64,000 nucleotides of DNA, taken from positions 1,798,001 through 1,862,000 of the forward strand of contig OZ218964.1 of NCBI GenBank assembly GCA_965112735.1, given 5' to 3'. The notes beneath the pieces were generated by a model. The model was not told where the DNA came from, searched no databases, and saw nothing but the letters and a program-made list of their open reading frames with translations. The position numbers and the translations under genes were made by a program. Positions 1 through 12,040 of this stretch are shown piece by piece. Every line of letters starts with the position of its first letter. Within the stretch, counting starts at the first letter, position 1. Source of the DNA: Phaeosaccion multiseriatum. Lineage: Eukaryota > Protista > Ochrophyta, other classes.

Positions 1-1587
<1,587 letters not shown>

Positions 1588-1729
1588 GGCAGTCGTGAGA
1601 AGGAGAAGGAGTAGGTGGTGTTTACTTGGGGCAGGCTACAATGGGTGGGTGGATGTGATGAGGACCCCCCGGGGGCGAATATGCCTCCATCCAATCGTCT
1701 CCGATCCCCAAAGAGAGAGAGGAAAAGGT

Positions 1730-2617
1730 ATGCCTTTTGCGACGTGCGTTGCTGCTGCGCTGAGGCACCATGCCCGTAAGACTGGCTCGTCGTCCACATC
1801 TGTGTCGTGGGCAAGGTTTCACGCCAGAAACGGAGAGAATGGTGCCTTGGGCCGCAGGTGCGCAAGGGCTGCGGCAGCGGCGCCAGCAAGACAAGAGCAC
1901 ACAGGGAGAGAAGAAGAGCGCGGGGCCTCGTCTGGGAGACGAGCAGGTATCCCCGGGGCGGATGCTACAGTGAGCCCATCGCAGCGCTGGATGTCGTATT
2001 GCTGCAACCCTGAGAAGAGAGAAGAGGAGACAGAGCGGAGGGAGGGATGGGACGGCACGAGGAGAGGTTTGGTGGGGAAACGACGACCTAGGGGCGGAAG
2101 AGAGCTCGACATGGGCGGAAGTACGAGGGCCTTGCATACGACCAGAAGAGTAGACAACGTGTATGTGGTGGGGAGCCTTGCTACGGCAGGTGTCGCATAC
2201 ATTGGCTTGCAAGGATTGCGGGCGTATCGCGGATTTAAGGACATGAAAGACGGGGACGTTGTAGAGGGAGAGGGCGACGAGAAGGGGAAAGAAGACCAGC
2301 CGGCAGCAGGGGGTGGAGGTGGAGGAAAAGCAAGTGCAGGGGACCAGGCGGACACGACAAAGGCCAAGGCCAAGAAGTCAGGGTTCGCGGGTTTTCTTGA
2401 CAGTTTTGGCAAGCGCCACTACGAGGGCGGCTTTGAGGACAAAATGACGCGCAGGGAAGCGGCGCTCGTGCTGGGCGTACGGGAGTCGGCGTCGGAAACG
2501 CGCATCAAAGAGGCGCACAGGAGGATCCTCATGCTCAACCACCCGGACAAGGGCGGCAGTAAGTACATGGCGGCCAAGATCAACGAAGCCAAGGAGCTGC
2601 TGCTCAAGGGCCGATGA
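1730..2617 (+). CDS. PAM18: Mitochondrial import motor J-protein PAM18/TIM14 (DNAJC19-like)
   Basis: C-terminal [20 protein letters not shown]...[29 protein letters not shown] with the HPD motif, preceded by a TM segment. Start uncertain (ATG 1730 or 2111). Confidence 0.92.
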   Translation: MPFATCVAAALRHHARKTGSSSTSVSWARFHARNGENGALGRRCARAAAAAPARQEHTGREEERGASSGRRAGIPGADATVSPSQRWMSYCCNPEKREEETERREGWDGTRRGLVGKRRPRGGRELDMGGSTRALHTTRRVDNVYVVGSLATAGVAYIGLQGLRAYRGFKDMKDGDVVEGEGDEKGKEDQPAAGGGGGGKASAGDQADTTKAKAKKSGFAGFLDSFGKRHYEGGFEDKMTRREAALVLGVRESASETRIKEAHRRILMLNHPDKGGSKYMAAKINEAKELLLKGR

Positions 2618-2718
2618 CAAAGGTTCTCTGACTACATGTTGTATCCGTCTTACAATGTAATCTACATACTTTTGATCCATACATACATACTTACAAGCGG
2701 TGTGGGGGAGAGAGGTTA

Positions 2719-3513
2719 TCAGAAGGCTTTGAGCAGGCGAGACATGCTGAGCCTCCCATTTTTCCGCCTTGTGTCCGATCGGCAACCCGCACCCCCGCCT
2801 CCCTTCCCTCCCGCTTCTCCCCCAGCCACGGCCTGTGTCGCACTCGAAACTAGCGGCTTTCCGTCCTTGTCCTTGGGCTCTTTGTTGGGAGCAGCCCCGC
2901 ACGAGTGATCGTCCGGGTGTCTATGAGAGAAGCAGAAGTTCAGCGCACACGAGCTGCAAGTCACCTTCACAAACTCCCGCTTCCGGCACCCCTTGGCCTG
3001 ACATCGAAACTTGTCGGGACCTGCAGAGAGGGAGATGGTTTGTGCGGAAGCGGCGATGTCAGTGAGAGAAGTGAGAAAGGAGGAAAAGCACCACGACGTA
3101 CCTGAGCCTTTCGCCTTGCTCCCCTTCCGCACCCTCTCTTTGCAGCCTGATGCAATGTGCTCTTGAATACACGCGCTGACGTTGGCCTGATCTGTAGGTC
3201 GATCCACCTCCACCATCTCCGAGCACACCCCGCACTCTGGGACCCTTCTGTCCAGGCTTCCTTCCCTCCTGCAGTTGTGCTTCGCGCCGCTTCGGTGCTC
3301 CAAGCAAAAGTTGCCGCCGCAAGCGCTGCAGCAGAAGGGGAGAAAGTCTGGAAAAGGGCACGGCAGCAGCATATTTGAGGGGTTATATGGTTCCCGCCGA
3401 AGCCCTTTGTTCTGACCTCTTCCAAAAAACTTTGTGATCTTTCTTCTCTTCCGCGACGCACCTTGCTGTCCGCAGAACTCGCAATGCTTTCCCACGTTAT
3501 GGAAGCTAGTCAT
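2719..3513 (-). CDS. AN1-type zinc finger protein (ZFAND2/AIRAP-like), 3 exons
   Basis: VGKHCEFCGQQ|DFLPFCCSACGGNFCLEHR...HNC, then a CGVC..EHIASGC segment and a second AN1 finger CQAKGC...CSSCALNFCFSHRHPDDHSC. Confidence 0.88.
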   Translation of the reverse strand: MTSFHNVGKHCEFCGQQGASRKRRKITKFFGRGQNKGLRREPYNPSNMLLPCPFPDFLPFCCSACGGNFCLEHRSGAKHNCRREGSLDRRVPECGVCSEMVEVDRPTDQANVSACIQEHIASGCKERVRKGSKAKGSGTSWCFSSFLTSLTDIAASAQTISLSAGPDKFRCQAKGCRKREFVKVTCSSCALNFCFSHRHPDDHSCGAAPNKEPKDKDGKPLVSSATQAVAGGEAGGKGGGGAGCRSDTRRKNGRLSMSRLLKAF

Positions 3514-3668
3514 GGTGCGATGGGCGGGGGTTGCAGGGTGTGGGTGGATGAGAGCCACTTCTGTCGATTTCGATCATTCGATTTCGCGCCGGCAAGATCG
3601 GCAAGGTCTGGCCGTTGGCTGCCATCCTCACTTTGTAACCGTGAAATGAGGCTCGAGAACAGATAAAC

Positions 3669-6368
3669 ATGGAAAAAAACAGCACCATTTCAGCCCTGGA
3701 GGGGTGGCTGCTCAAGGAGAAAAGCAGGACCACCAGGTTCGGGCTGGGTGGGGACTTGAACAAGCGCTGGTTCAAGGTGGAGCGCTTTGAGTGGAACTCG
3801 GCCGGAGAGCTGGCTCTGGCCTACTACAAGGCGAGCACGGACGGGCGCTGCCGAGGCTGGCTCTACCTGAGGGACATTACATACATCCGAGAGGAGGGGG
3901 ACACGATGATCTTCTGCAGTCCTGCTCGAACCCTCCGACTGCAGGCCCCGACCAGGGCAGAGCATCGGCTGTGGGTCAAAGGTATGGTGAAGCTCTGTCC
4001 CCAGGCCCTCACCACTTTGGAGCGAAGCAAGGAAGCCGTGCAGGCGCAGCAGCTCCTGGTGGAGACTGCCCAAACGACCCCCACCTCTGACTCGGGGAGC
4101 GCTCAGAGCGACAGGGACTATGGGTGCAGTACCCCCCCGCCCAGAGGGGCCGTGCCTTCGCCTTTCGCAAGTCCCCAGAAGGGCAGCAGGAAGGAGAGCA
4201 ACAGTACGAGCAGATCGAGTAGCAAAAAGAAGACTCAGAAGCACGCGAGAAATTTCAGTAGCACTAAACTAGAAGAGGAAGAGATGGGCAACATTCATAG
4301 CCCTGTGCGCTTCGGAAGCAGCGGAGAAGGCAGCAATTCACTTGGCCGAGACGGCGCTTCCCCTTCCCAAGTCAGCAGCAGAAGTGGAAGGGGGGCGCTT
4401 CGGCGTCAAAGCTCGACACTCAGTCGGGGAGGTTTTTTTGAAGAAGACTATGAGGCGGAAGACGAAGGTCGACCAGCGGAACGTAAGGAGAGAGGGTTGC
4501 AAAAGCCGGAGGACGAGAGAGATGATGGCGACGATGGCCAGCGTCGAAGGAGCTCGAAAGCTCGGAAAAGAAGCACGAACCAGACGGATAGAGACGAGAC
4601 CTCCGGGGATGGCAACGAGGAGCGTGGCGGGCAGAAGCGTCGGCAGGAGCGGAGGAGGGGCACGAGCAGCGGGAGTAGCAAAGCAGCAGCAGACGGGCAG
4701 AAGCACGAGTCCCCGGAGGACAGCGATGAGCAGCAACGCAATACCACGAGGGAGGAGCGGCGCAACAGCAGCCGCAGCAGCACAGATGCCAGCACTGACA
4801 GGAGAGACTTGAGGAAGGACAGCTGGGCGAGGCGCAGAGGCCATGAGGAGGAGGACGAGGACGAGGAAGAGGAGGAGCGCGAGGAGAGGGGGAGAGAGGA
4901 GGAGGAAGAACTGCGAGAAGAGGAGGAGGCAGGTGGTGACGGTAGCATTCGCACGAAGTCAGACAGATCCGAGGGCTCGAGAGGGGCCTTGCTGACGTAC
5001 GAGAGGAGCCGCGGCGGCCAGAGGACGGCCCAGAGGGGTGCGTCAAGGCTGAGGCAGAAGGAGGACGTTGAGTGTGAGGGAAGCACGAGCAAAGACAATG
5101 TAGAGCACAATAACTCGGGAACGAGGCAGGGCGGGGGGAGATGGGAAAGAGGCCACCGGCGGCAAGAAAGCAGGGCCGATAACCCCAGCAGTAGCAGCGC
5201 TATGGCGTCACGGCGAAGGTCAGTCAAGAAAGACAGGACTGAGGGCAGCAGGGGTGGCGACCCGTTCGCTGCTGAGGCAAGTCGCGCACAGAGAGGGGAG
5301 GACGTGGACATCAGTGACCTTGCCGGGGATGGCGACCCCCTCGGACCGGAAGTGGACGAGGTGCTTCTGGAGGATGCAGAGAGACACGGCTCGGGCTTGT
5401 CTTTCGAGGAGCCGCCCGAGATGCGCATGCGGCAGAGTGCACAGAGAGCAGCGGATAGAGGCGGGGGGAAGAAGAGCAAGAGCAAGAGCAAGAGCGACGG
5501 CAGCAGGAGCAGCAGCAGCAGCAGTAATAGCAGCGGTAGTGCGAGGAGAGCCCCGTCCAGCGCCCCCCCAAAGCCGAGGCAGTTTCTCGAGGTCCGACAA
5601 GAGGTGGAGAATAGCCCGTCTTCTTCAAACGAGGGTAGCAAGGGGCTGCGCCTCGCAGGCACGACTACAAAAGCCGAGGCCAGCACAGAGAGCGGGCGGC
5701 AGACGACCAGTCGGAGTGGCAAGAGCAGAGAGGGCGGGGTGGGCGTAACGTCGGAGGAGCCATGTCCCCCCTTCGTGCGGCGTAGGAAGAGCATCATGGA
5801 CGAGCTGGACCCCGCGTTGACGAGCAGCAGCGGCCCTCTGCAGCTGGACGACGGGTCCGACGAGGAAGGGGGCACCTCCATCGACCTCGAGATGGAGAAG
5901 CAGCGAAGGAAGGCCAGCGCAGCCTTGACTGCCCTCAAGGCGGCCGCCAAGAAGGCAGACCAGCACAGTCATCACATGGAGCAGAGGCGGGCAAAGTCCG
6001 GCAAGAGAGTGGCGGGCGGGCAACGGCAGAAGCAGCACGGCGCGGACCAGCTGGAGGGAGCTGAGGAGGAAGGAGAGGAGGAGGTGGGGGGGGAGGGGAA
6101 GAAACGGCTGCTGAGAGAAGCGCCGAAGAAGCGTAGTAGCAGCAGCAGCAGGCCTGTCCAGCCCCCTCACGACGCTCCTCACCCCAAGGTGAGAGGGATG
6201 GCCGCCGACAAGAACTTTGTCATAGACACATGGGACGAGTCCGATCGAGACGAGGGGGAGACCAAAGCCGAGACGTACACACACCATCGGAGGCGATCGA
6301 GCGGAGGCTGTGCACCCCACGGGGTTGCGGCGGACAGCAACTGGCTCCACGAGGATTTCGACGTGTGA
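3669..6368 (+). CDS. PH-domain protein with long charged low-complexity tail
   Basis: 899-aa ORF. N-terminal LEGWLLKEK...NKRWFKV...LAYYK...GWLYL..I..I...LRLQAPTRAEHRLWVKGM fits the PH pattern; the rest is disordered and S/E/R-rich. Confidence 0.8.
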   Translation: MEKNSTISALEGWLLKEKSRTTRFGLGGDLNKRWFKVERFEWNSAGELALAYYKASTDGRCRGWLYLRDITYIREEGDTMIFCSPARTLRLQAPTRAEHRLWVKGMVKLCPQALTTLERSKEAVQAQQLLVETAQTTPTSDSGSAQSDRDYGCSTPPPRGAVPSPFASPQKGSRKESNSTSRSSSKKKTQKHARNFSSTKLEEEEMGNIHSPVRFGSSGEGSNSLGRDGASPSQVSSRSGRGALRRQSSTLSRGGFFEEDYEAEDEGRPAERKERGLQKPEDERDDGDDGQRRRSSKARKRSTNQTDRDETSGDGNEERGGQKRRQERRRGTSSGSSKAAADGQKHESPEDSDEQQRNTTREERRNSSRSSTDASTDRRDLRKDSWARRRGHEEEDEDEEEEEREERGREEEEELREEEEAGGDGSIRTKSDRSEGSRGALLTYERSRGGQRTAQRGASRLRQKEDVECEGSTSKDNVEHNNSGTRQGGGRWERGHRRQESRADNPSSSSAMASRRRSVKKDRTEGSRGGDPFAAEASRAQRGEDVDISDLAGDGDPLGPEVDEVLLEDAERHGSGLSFEEPPEMRMRQSAQRAADRGGGKKSKSKSKSDGSRSSSSSSNSSGSARRAPSSAPPKPRQFLEVRQEVENSPSSSNEGSKGLRLAGTTTKAEASTESGRQTTSRSGKSREGGVGVTSEEPCPPFVRRRKSIMDELDPALTSSSGPLQLDDGSDEEGGTSIDLEMEKQRRKASAALTALKAAAKKADQHSHHMEQRRAKSGKRVAGGQRQKQHGADQLEGAEEEGEEEVGGEGKKRLLREAPKKRSSSSSRPVQPPHDAPHPKVRGMAADKNFVIDTWDESDRDEGETKAETYTHHRRRSSGGCAPHGVAADSNWLHEDFDV

Positions 6369-6785
6369 GTGAGGGAAGAGCGTGTTTGGTGGTTGGCGGT
6401 CGGCGCGGCCCCTCGCTCACCAACACATTTAATTTTCATTACAATAAAAACAAACCCAGAGCCCGGGAGCGAGAAGCAAGGACGCGGTTCTCTCGTCGAT
6501 TCTGAGGGGACGAAGCAGCGCGCTTCCTGCCCTAGCGACGGACTCGTGTCGCCGCTCGCCGCAGGAGCGAAGCAGTTTTCTTTGGCCAGCGGCACCCCGA
6601 CTGTTGGCCAGCGCCAGGCGGTCAGGGGCGGGTGCCTTCCAAGCCTCCCATCCCTTCGGCACCCCTTGTGAGGGTTGGGCCCGTCAGCCAGAATGGCGGC
6701 TCTCTGCTGCGGGTGGGCGGCAAGAGCTCATGCTCCTGTGGAATGATGTTGGTGATGCTTGAGTCGCATGCCTCACCATGCATCG

Positions 6786-8269
6786 TCAGCCATCCCCCTT
6801 GCTCCTGCTCCTGTGCTGCTCCTTCCGGCCCGTGTTCGTAGTCCCCACGGGCGTGCTCCACTCCTCCTCCTCCTCCTCCTCCTCCTCCTCCTCCTCCTCC
6901 TCCTCCTCTCCGTCCCCGCTGCCGCTGAGCAGAGCCTTTGTCGCCATTCCATCGTAGCCATGGGTGTCTAGGCCGAAATTACCCACCAAGAGCGGCTCGT
7001 CGTCACCCTCCTCGGGCAGGCCGAAGGAATACACGAGAGCGATGAAGGCGAAAGCGCCCGCCATGAGGTAGGGGGCCCCAGGCAGCCACGACCCATCAAA
7101 CACGTACATGAGCGATCCGAACATCAGAGGCCCAAAGCCCTCTGGTCCATAGGAAGAGGGAGGGAGGGAGGGAGGGAGGGAGGGAGGGAGGGAGGGCGGG
7201 CAAAGAGCATGAGCATCGTCGTCCCAGTAGCCTCAAAGGCTGGACCCGGGGCGGACGTAAGGCAGCAATGGTGGTGGCCCTGGTTCCTGTCCACTAACAA
7301 CAAACGAGCCCCGACACAAGCAAGATAGCTCTTCGACGATCAGACGACTCGACCCGCCGCCCTCCCTACGCAGAAAGTCAGTAAGGTAGCAAGCGCGCAC
7401 CTGTCAGCGCTCGAACGCCATTCATGGTACCAAGCACCTCCCCCTGGGCCGCCTTGCTGACAGAGCGAGACACAAGGCTACTGATGGACGGGTAGACGAG
7501 GTGCGAGAGCATGGAGCCGCCCATCGACATGAACACCATCCACGGGGCGCTGGCTAGCCCGATGATCACGCACTGATTGGGGGGAGGAGAGGGAAGGGGA
7601 TGGGAGGGGAGGAGAGGAGAGGGGAGGGGAGGGGGGGGGAGGGGAGGGGAGGGGAGGGGAGGGGACGGGAGGGGAGGGGAGGGGAGGGGAGGGGAGGGGA
7701 GGGGAGGGGAGGGGAGGGGAGGGGAGGGGAGGGGAGGGGAGGGGAGGGGAGGGGAGGGGAGGGGAGGGGAGGGGAGGGGAGGGGAGGGGAGGGGAGGGGA
7801 GGGGAGGGGAGGGGAGGGGAGGGGAGGGGAGGGGAGGAAAGGAGAGGGGAGGGGAGGGGAGGGGAGGGGAGGAAAGGAGAGGGGAGGGGAGGGGAGGGGA
7901 GGGGAGGGGAGGGGATGGGATGGGATGGGAGGGGAGAGGCGACGGCCACCGGGTACGTGGAGACGTGTGCAGAGGGGCAACGGGGTCGGCTCCGTCTATA
8001 CTCGGCACCTCCTCGTGTCTTGCTTCTTCGTTCCACGTGATACCGTGCCAGCTCTTAACCCTACCTGCGAAGCGAAGCCCAGCAACCCGATCTGCAGGGT
8101 GAGCTTCTCTCCTAGCCGCGGAACCATAACGCGCACCAGTATGCCCTCCGCGAACATCATGCATACTCCGAAGGCGGACAGGAGCTGCCCCACCATGACG
8201 GTGCCGAAGCTGAAGCGTTTCACCACGTAGACCATGAGCGTACTCACTAGGGCCCACACCCCCACATAC

Positions 8270-8341
<72 letters not shown>

Positions 8342-9987
8342 GGAGGAGGAGGAGGAGGAGGAGGAGGAGAAGGAGGAGGTATGATAGCACGGAGGGGAGG
8401 GGGCAGGGGGAGGAAGAAGAAACAAAGCAAGTGAGAAAGAGAAGGGACAGCAGAGCAGAGCTTAAGACCAGTGCTGGTGCGGTGTGGTGTGCCGTGCCCG
8501 CGTCGTTCTCCTCCTTGCACGCACTTACATAAAGGAAAACGATGATGGCCACTCGAGAGAGGAGGGGGTTTCCTCGAAAAGCAGTCAACGAGCTAATGGG
8601 GTTCCACTGTCGTGTGTTCCGGGGGAGGGGGGGGGAGCCGGGGAATGAATGAGACAAAAGCTGGACACCCGGCGTGAGGAACCTTCTACCCCCAACACAC
8701 CCACCTGAATACCCAAAAAATCTAAGTCACCTCCCTTGCTAAGGGGGGCTTGCCCTCCTGGAGTGCTGCTGTCACTCTCCCCCCCTCCGGCTGCTGCAGC
8801 TTTTTTCCGTTTGCTGAACTGAGGCGTGAACATGGCCGTTGGTATGGCTTTGACATCCTCCTTTGACTCCGGTAGCTTCAACACGATGAAAGCCACGTCG
8901 AGACATACAAGAAACACAGCGAAGCTAAAGACGGAACCGACACCTGACTCCTTGGACAAGTAGCTCCCAGCGACTGGCCTGTCCATACATTGTCAATTCA
9001 TTCAACCGTCAGCCGGGCGCTCGGTCAGCCAGCTAGTCGGCCAGTCAAGAGCAGTGAGTACGCATCCTCAATGAGAAGCTCTGTGTCCTTGTGACCCGTG
9101 TCCTATTTCTGCTTTTCCTCTTCCTGCCAGCTCTAAAATGAGCGAGAAAACAAACTCACCCTAGCGTAAACGAAAGCCCAAACGTAGCCAAAGCAAGCCC
9201 ATACGCAGGAGCTCTTCCGTCCGACGGGACCAAATCAGCAATGTAAGCAAAGGTCAGAGGAAAAGTGGCGGAAAACACGCCGCTCAGCGCCGACAGCGCC
9301 ACGAAGCCCCACAGATTGTTGCGCACGCGTGCAAGCGCCAACGAGCACACGGGGAGGGTTGTGCCCAGCACTGTGAGGAGCAGGCACTTGCGTCTACCAA
9401 AGATGTCGCTGAGCTTGCCGAACATCGGGCACGCCACGAACGCCAACAAGCTGCCCAGGGGAGACGTGGAGCACAACGTACGTCGGTAGGTAGGTTAGGG
9501 GAGGGGAGTCTGCCCTGCCCTCGCCAGCGCCCCACTCACCCCTTGACAGTCTCCATGAGGCCAATGATGTGGTACGTCCAGTCACCGAAAAAGTCCACCA
9601 TCATCTGCCAGGGCGGAGAGTGGCGAGTCATCGCTTAGAGCCCAAGACACACTCCCAGAGCAGGCAAGTCGTCGAGCAAAGATCAAGGAACACCTGGTGG
9701 TTGTCTTACCTGGGGTAACAGGGACCGCGACAAAGCTATGGCCAAGAACTCCAAGAAAAGAACAGGTAAGACCCACAGGTAGAGGTGGCTGCTCCTCTTT
9801 GCAGCCTGCGCGGATGAGACAGAGGCAAACTCCTTACTATAAACTCACTCGTTGTCTTCTCAAAGGGGGGGGCGTACCTGCTCACGTTCGATGCCCAGGG
9901 GAGGCAACGAGCTGCTAACCCCAGACTTGGACGTAGTAGCTGCTGCTCCACCGCCATCGAGCGGCACAGCTGCAGCTGTGGAAACAT
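6786..9987 (-). CDS. MFS transporter, MFSD14/HIAT1 (tetracycline-transporter-like) family, ~9 exons
   Basis: Exons encode [21 protein letters not shown], motif [57 protein letters not shown]|EGFGPLMFG and LPGAPYL. Start at 9987 or 9957. Confidence 0.9.
7585..7935. repeat. (GGGGA)n pentanucleotide microsatellite in MFS intron
   Basis: Directly visible; produces spurious PSPPL/GEGRG ORFs. Confidence 0.95.
8270..8380. repeat. Compound (GAT)n(GAG)n microsatellite in MFS intron
   Basis: Directly visible. Confidence 0.95.
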
Positions 9988-10088
9988 CCATGGAGGGTTG
10001 GCAGTGAGGGGAGGCGAGCCCGCCCAAAAAAGCCATCCACTGCCTTCCTCCAATTCCCCCATATTTGATCCCAAATTCGACAATTCTT

Positions 10089-11240
10089 ATGTCTGAGCCG
10101 CGTTGCTCGCTGCAGGAGCTGCTGGACTGCCAGTTCAATGAATGGTACAGCAAGCCACCGCTCAAGGCTGTCAGCATCAAGAGCGAGGTGATTGCCCTGG
10201 GAGAGGAGGAAGTGGCCTACCTTCGAGGGGAGGGCCAAGCTGAGGGAGCGGGGCTTGTGCTCCCGAAGAGCTTTGATCTCTCAGTGGCCTCCAGGCAGAA
10301 GGGGGCTGAGGACGGCGACTGGAGTGACGAGGAGGATGATGGCGATGACGGAGAGGATGGAGAGGGGGAGGAGCCATGCCGGCCGCAGGTCGACTTCCCC
10401 CTGCTTGCCGCAAGTATTAAAGCTGCCATTGAGCGCCTGGGTGGCTCCGTGTTTCCCAAGCTCAATTGGAGTAGTCCCCGCGACGCCGCGTGGGTTAACG
10501 GGGGCTCTCTCCGATGCCGCACTGGTGGAGACATCCTCTGCCTCCTGCGCAGCTCCGTGTTCATCAGTCACGACCTACACGAGGTCAGAGACCACGCTTT
10601 CCTCCTCCCCCAAGACGAAGGACAGCAGGAGGCGACTACAGCAGGCATTGAGGAGGGAGGAGAGGGTACGGCGAAAGCTGCTGGTGCTGCCCTTGCTCCT
10701 ATCAAGTATACGCTAGTACTGCGCAAGTGGTGCAATCTCCAGTCCTCCATGCTCTTTCGGTGCTTCGTCAAGGGCGGACGTCTCGTGGGTGTGTCGCAGC
10801 GGGACTGCACCAGCTTCTATGCGTTTCTCGTGGACGAGGTACCCCGGCTACAACCCCTAATCAGCGGCTATTTCGAGACGCACATTCGCAACAACTTTGC
10901 CCATCCAAACTACATTTTCGACGTGTACATTGACCGCAAAGACAGGTGCTGGCTCTTGGACTTTAACGTGTTTGCGGCCATCACCGATTCGCTCCTCTTC
11001 GACTGGGCGGAATTGGCTGCTGCGGACGTGGGCGAGGAGGACGGGGTGGATGGTGATGGAGAAGGGAGGGCCGAACAAGCAGAGCAGGACTATGAATTCC
11101 GCGTCGTTCCCACGGACATAAGCACCCTTGGCGACAGCATGGCGCAGTACCGAGGGCCCTCTGACATGGAATTGATGGTGCAGGATCCGCAAGCCGGCTT
11201 CGATTTCGACGCCTTTAGACAGTTGTGCGACAAAGGATGA
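10089..11240 (+). CDS. CDC123: Cell division cycle protein 123 (D123, ATP-grasp eIF2 assembly factor)
   Basis: CQFNEWY, LGGSVFPKLNWSSPRDAAW, LLRSSVFISHDL, LVLRKW, FRCFVK..LVGVSQRD, YIFDVY, WLLDFNVF..TDSLLFDW. Confidence 0.95.
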   Translation: MSEPRCSLQELLDCQFNEWYSKPPLKAVSIKSEVIALGEEEVAYLRGEGQAEGAGLVLPKSFDLSVASRQKGAEDGDWSDEEDDGDDGEDGEGEEPCRPQVDFPLLAASIKAAIERLGGSVFPKLNWSSPRDAAWVNGGSLRCRTGGDILCLLRSSVFISHDLHEVRDHAFLLPQDEGQQEATTAGIEEGGEGTAKAAGAALAPIKYTLVLRKWCNLQSSMLFRCFVKGGRLVGVSQRDCTSFYAFLVDEVPRLQPLISGYFETHIRNNFAHPNYIFDVYIDRKDRCWLLDFNVFAAITDSLLFDWAELAAADVGEEDGVDGDGEGRAEQAEQDYEFRVVPTDISTLGDSMAQYRGPSDMELMVQDPQAGFDFDAFRQLCDKG

Positions 11241-12040
11241 CCCGAGTGTGCGTCACGAGAGCGTGACGAGTGCCGAGAAACAGAGAAACAGGAGCCTGTC
11301 GATTGAATGTCGATTAACTGTTGACTGACCTCAACCCCTCCACTGACCTGCGTTCGCCTCCGGCCAAGTGCTCGCGGATGGATTTTGATGCTTCTTTGGT
11401 TGTGCCAGTCATGACTTGTGCACACTTGATTGCTTGATCAAGGCCAGGTGGAGGTCTCGGGTGAGGGGTGGCTGGGAGAGACTCCCATGTCCGTACGTCC
11501 CCTGTGCTGGTTGGGTGAGCTTGGCACTCACGAGAAGGGCATGAAGCACGAGTTTCTCGGCATGTGTGGACGTGTTGGAGAGTGAGGCCCTTCTCGGCAG
11601 GCGGCAAGCTGGCAGTTTCTTCCCACATACGGGGACAGCGGGCAGCAGCGGAAGTGCTTCCTTGATATCACTTTCAGTCAAGCACACGCGATGACTGCGC
11701 ACAGAGTCACCAATCCGGTCCATTCGCTTCAGCGGCGTGTCATGTGAGCGTTTTCCTCCACCCACAACCCCCACTTTGCATCGGGCATTCAGCAAAGTTT
11801 GAGTGAGACATGCTGTCTTCCACTAAGTGCTGCTGTTAAACGCGCCTTCTCATGCACCTTGATTCCTACATGACTGCAATGTAAGAGTTGTTTGTGTGAC
11901 ACCCACTAGAGACCTTCTGTGACTCTGTGAAGCATCGCAGACAGATCTCCCACAGCATCTTCAAAGCAAAGCAGGGCGGGATATACAAGAGGAAGAGAAA
12001 GAAATAGGCGTTTTTGGATGGGTTCAAACTCAATCGCATT

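Noticed and set aside
7378-8657. Long ORFs such as (PSPPL)n, (GEGRG)n, poly-M/H/I
   Set aside because: Translations of intronic microsatellites in the MFS gene; the same applies to repeat ORFs in UBA1, OTU and ATPase introns.
11409-11795. Minus-strand ORF containing HAE, a deaminase-like motif
   Set aside because: No PCxxC partner motif and no coherent gene model; could be UTR or a decayed fragment.
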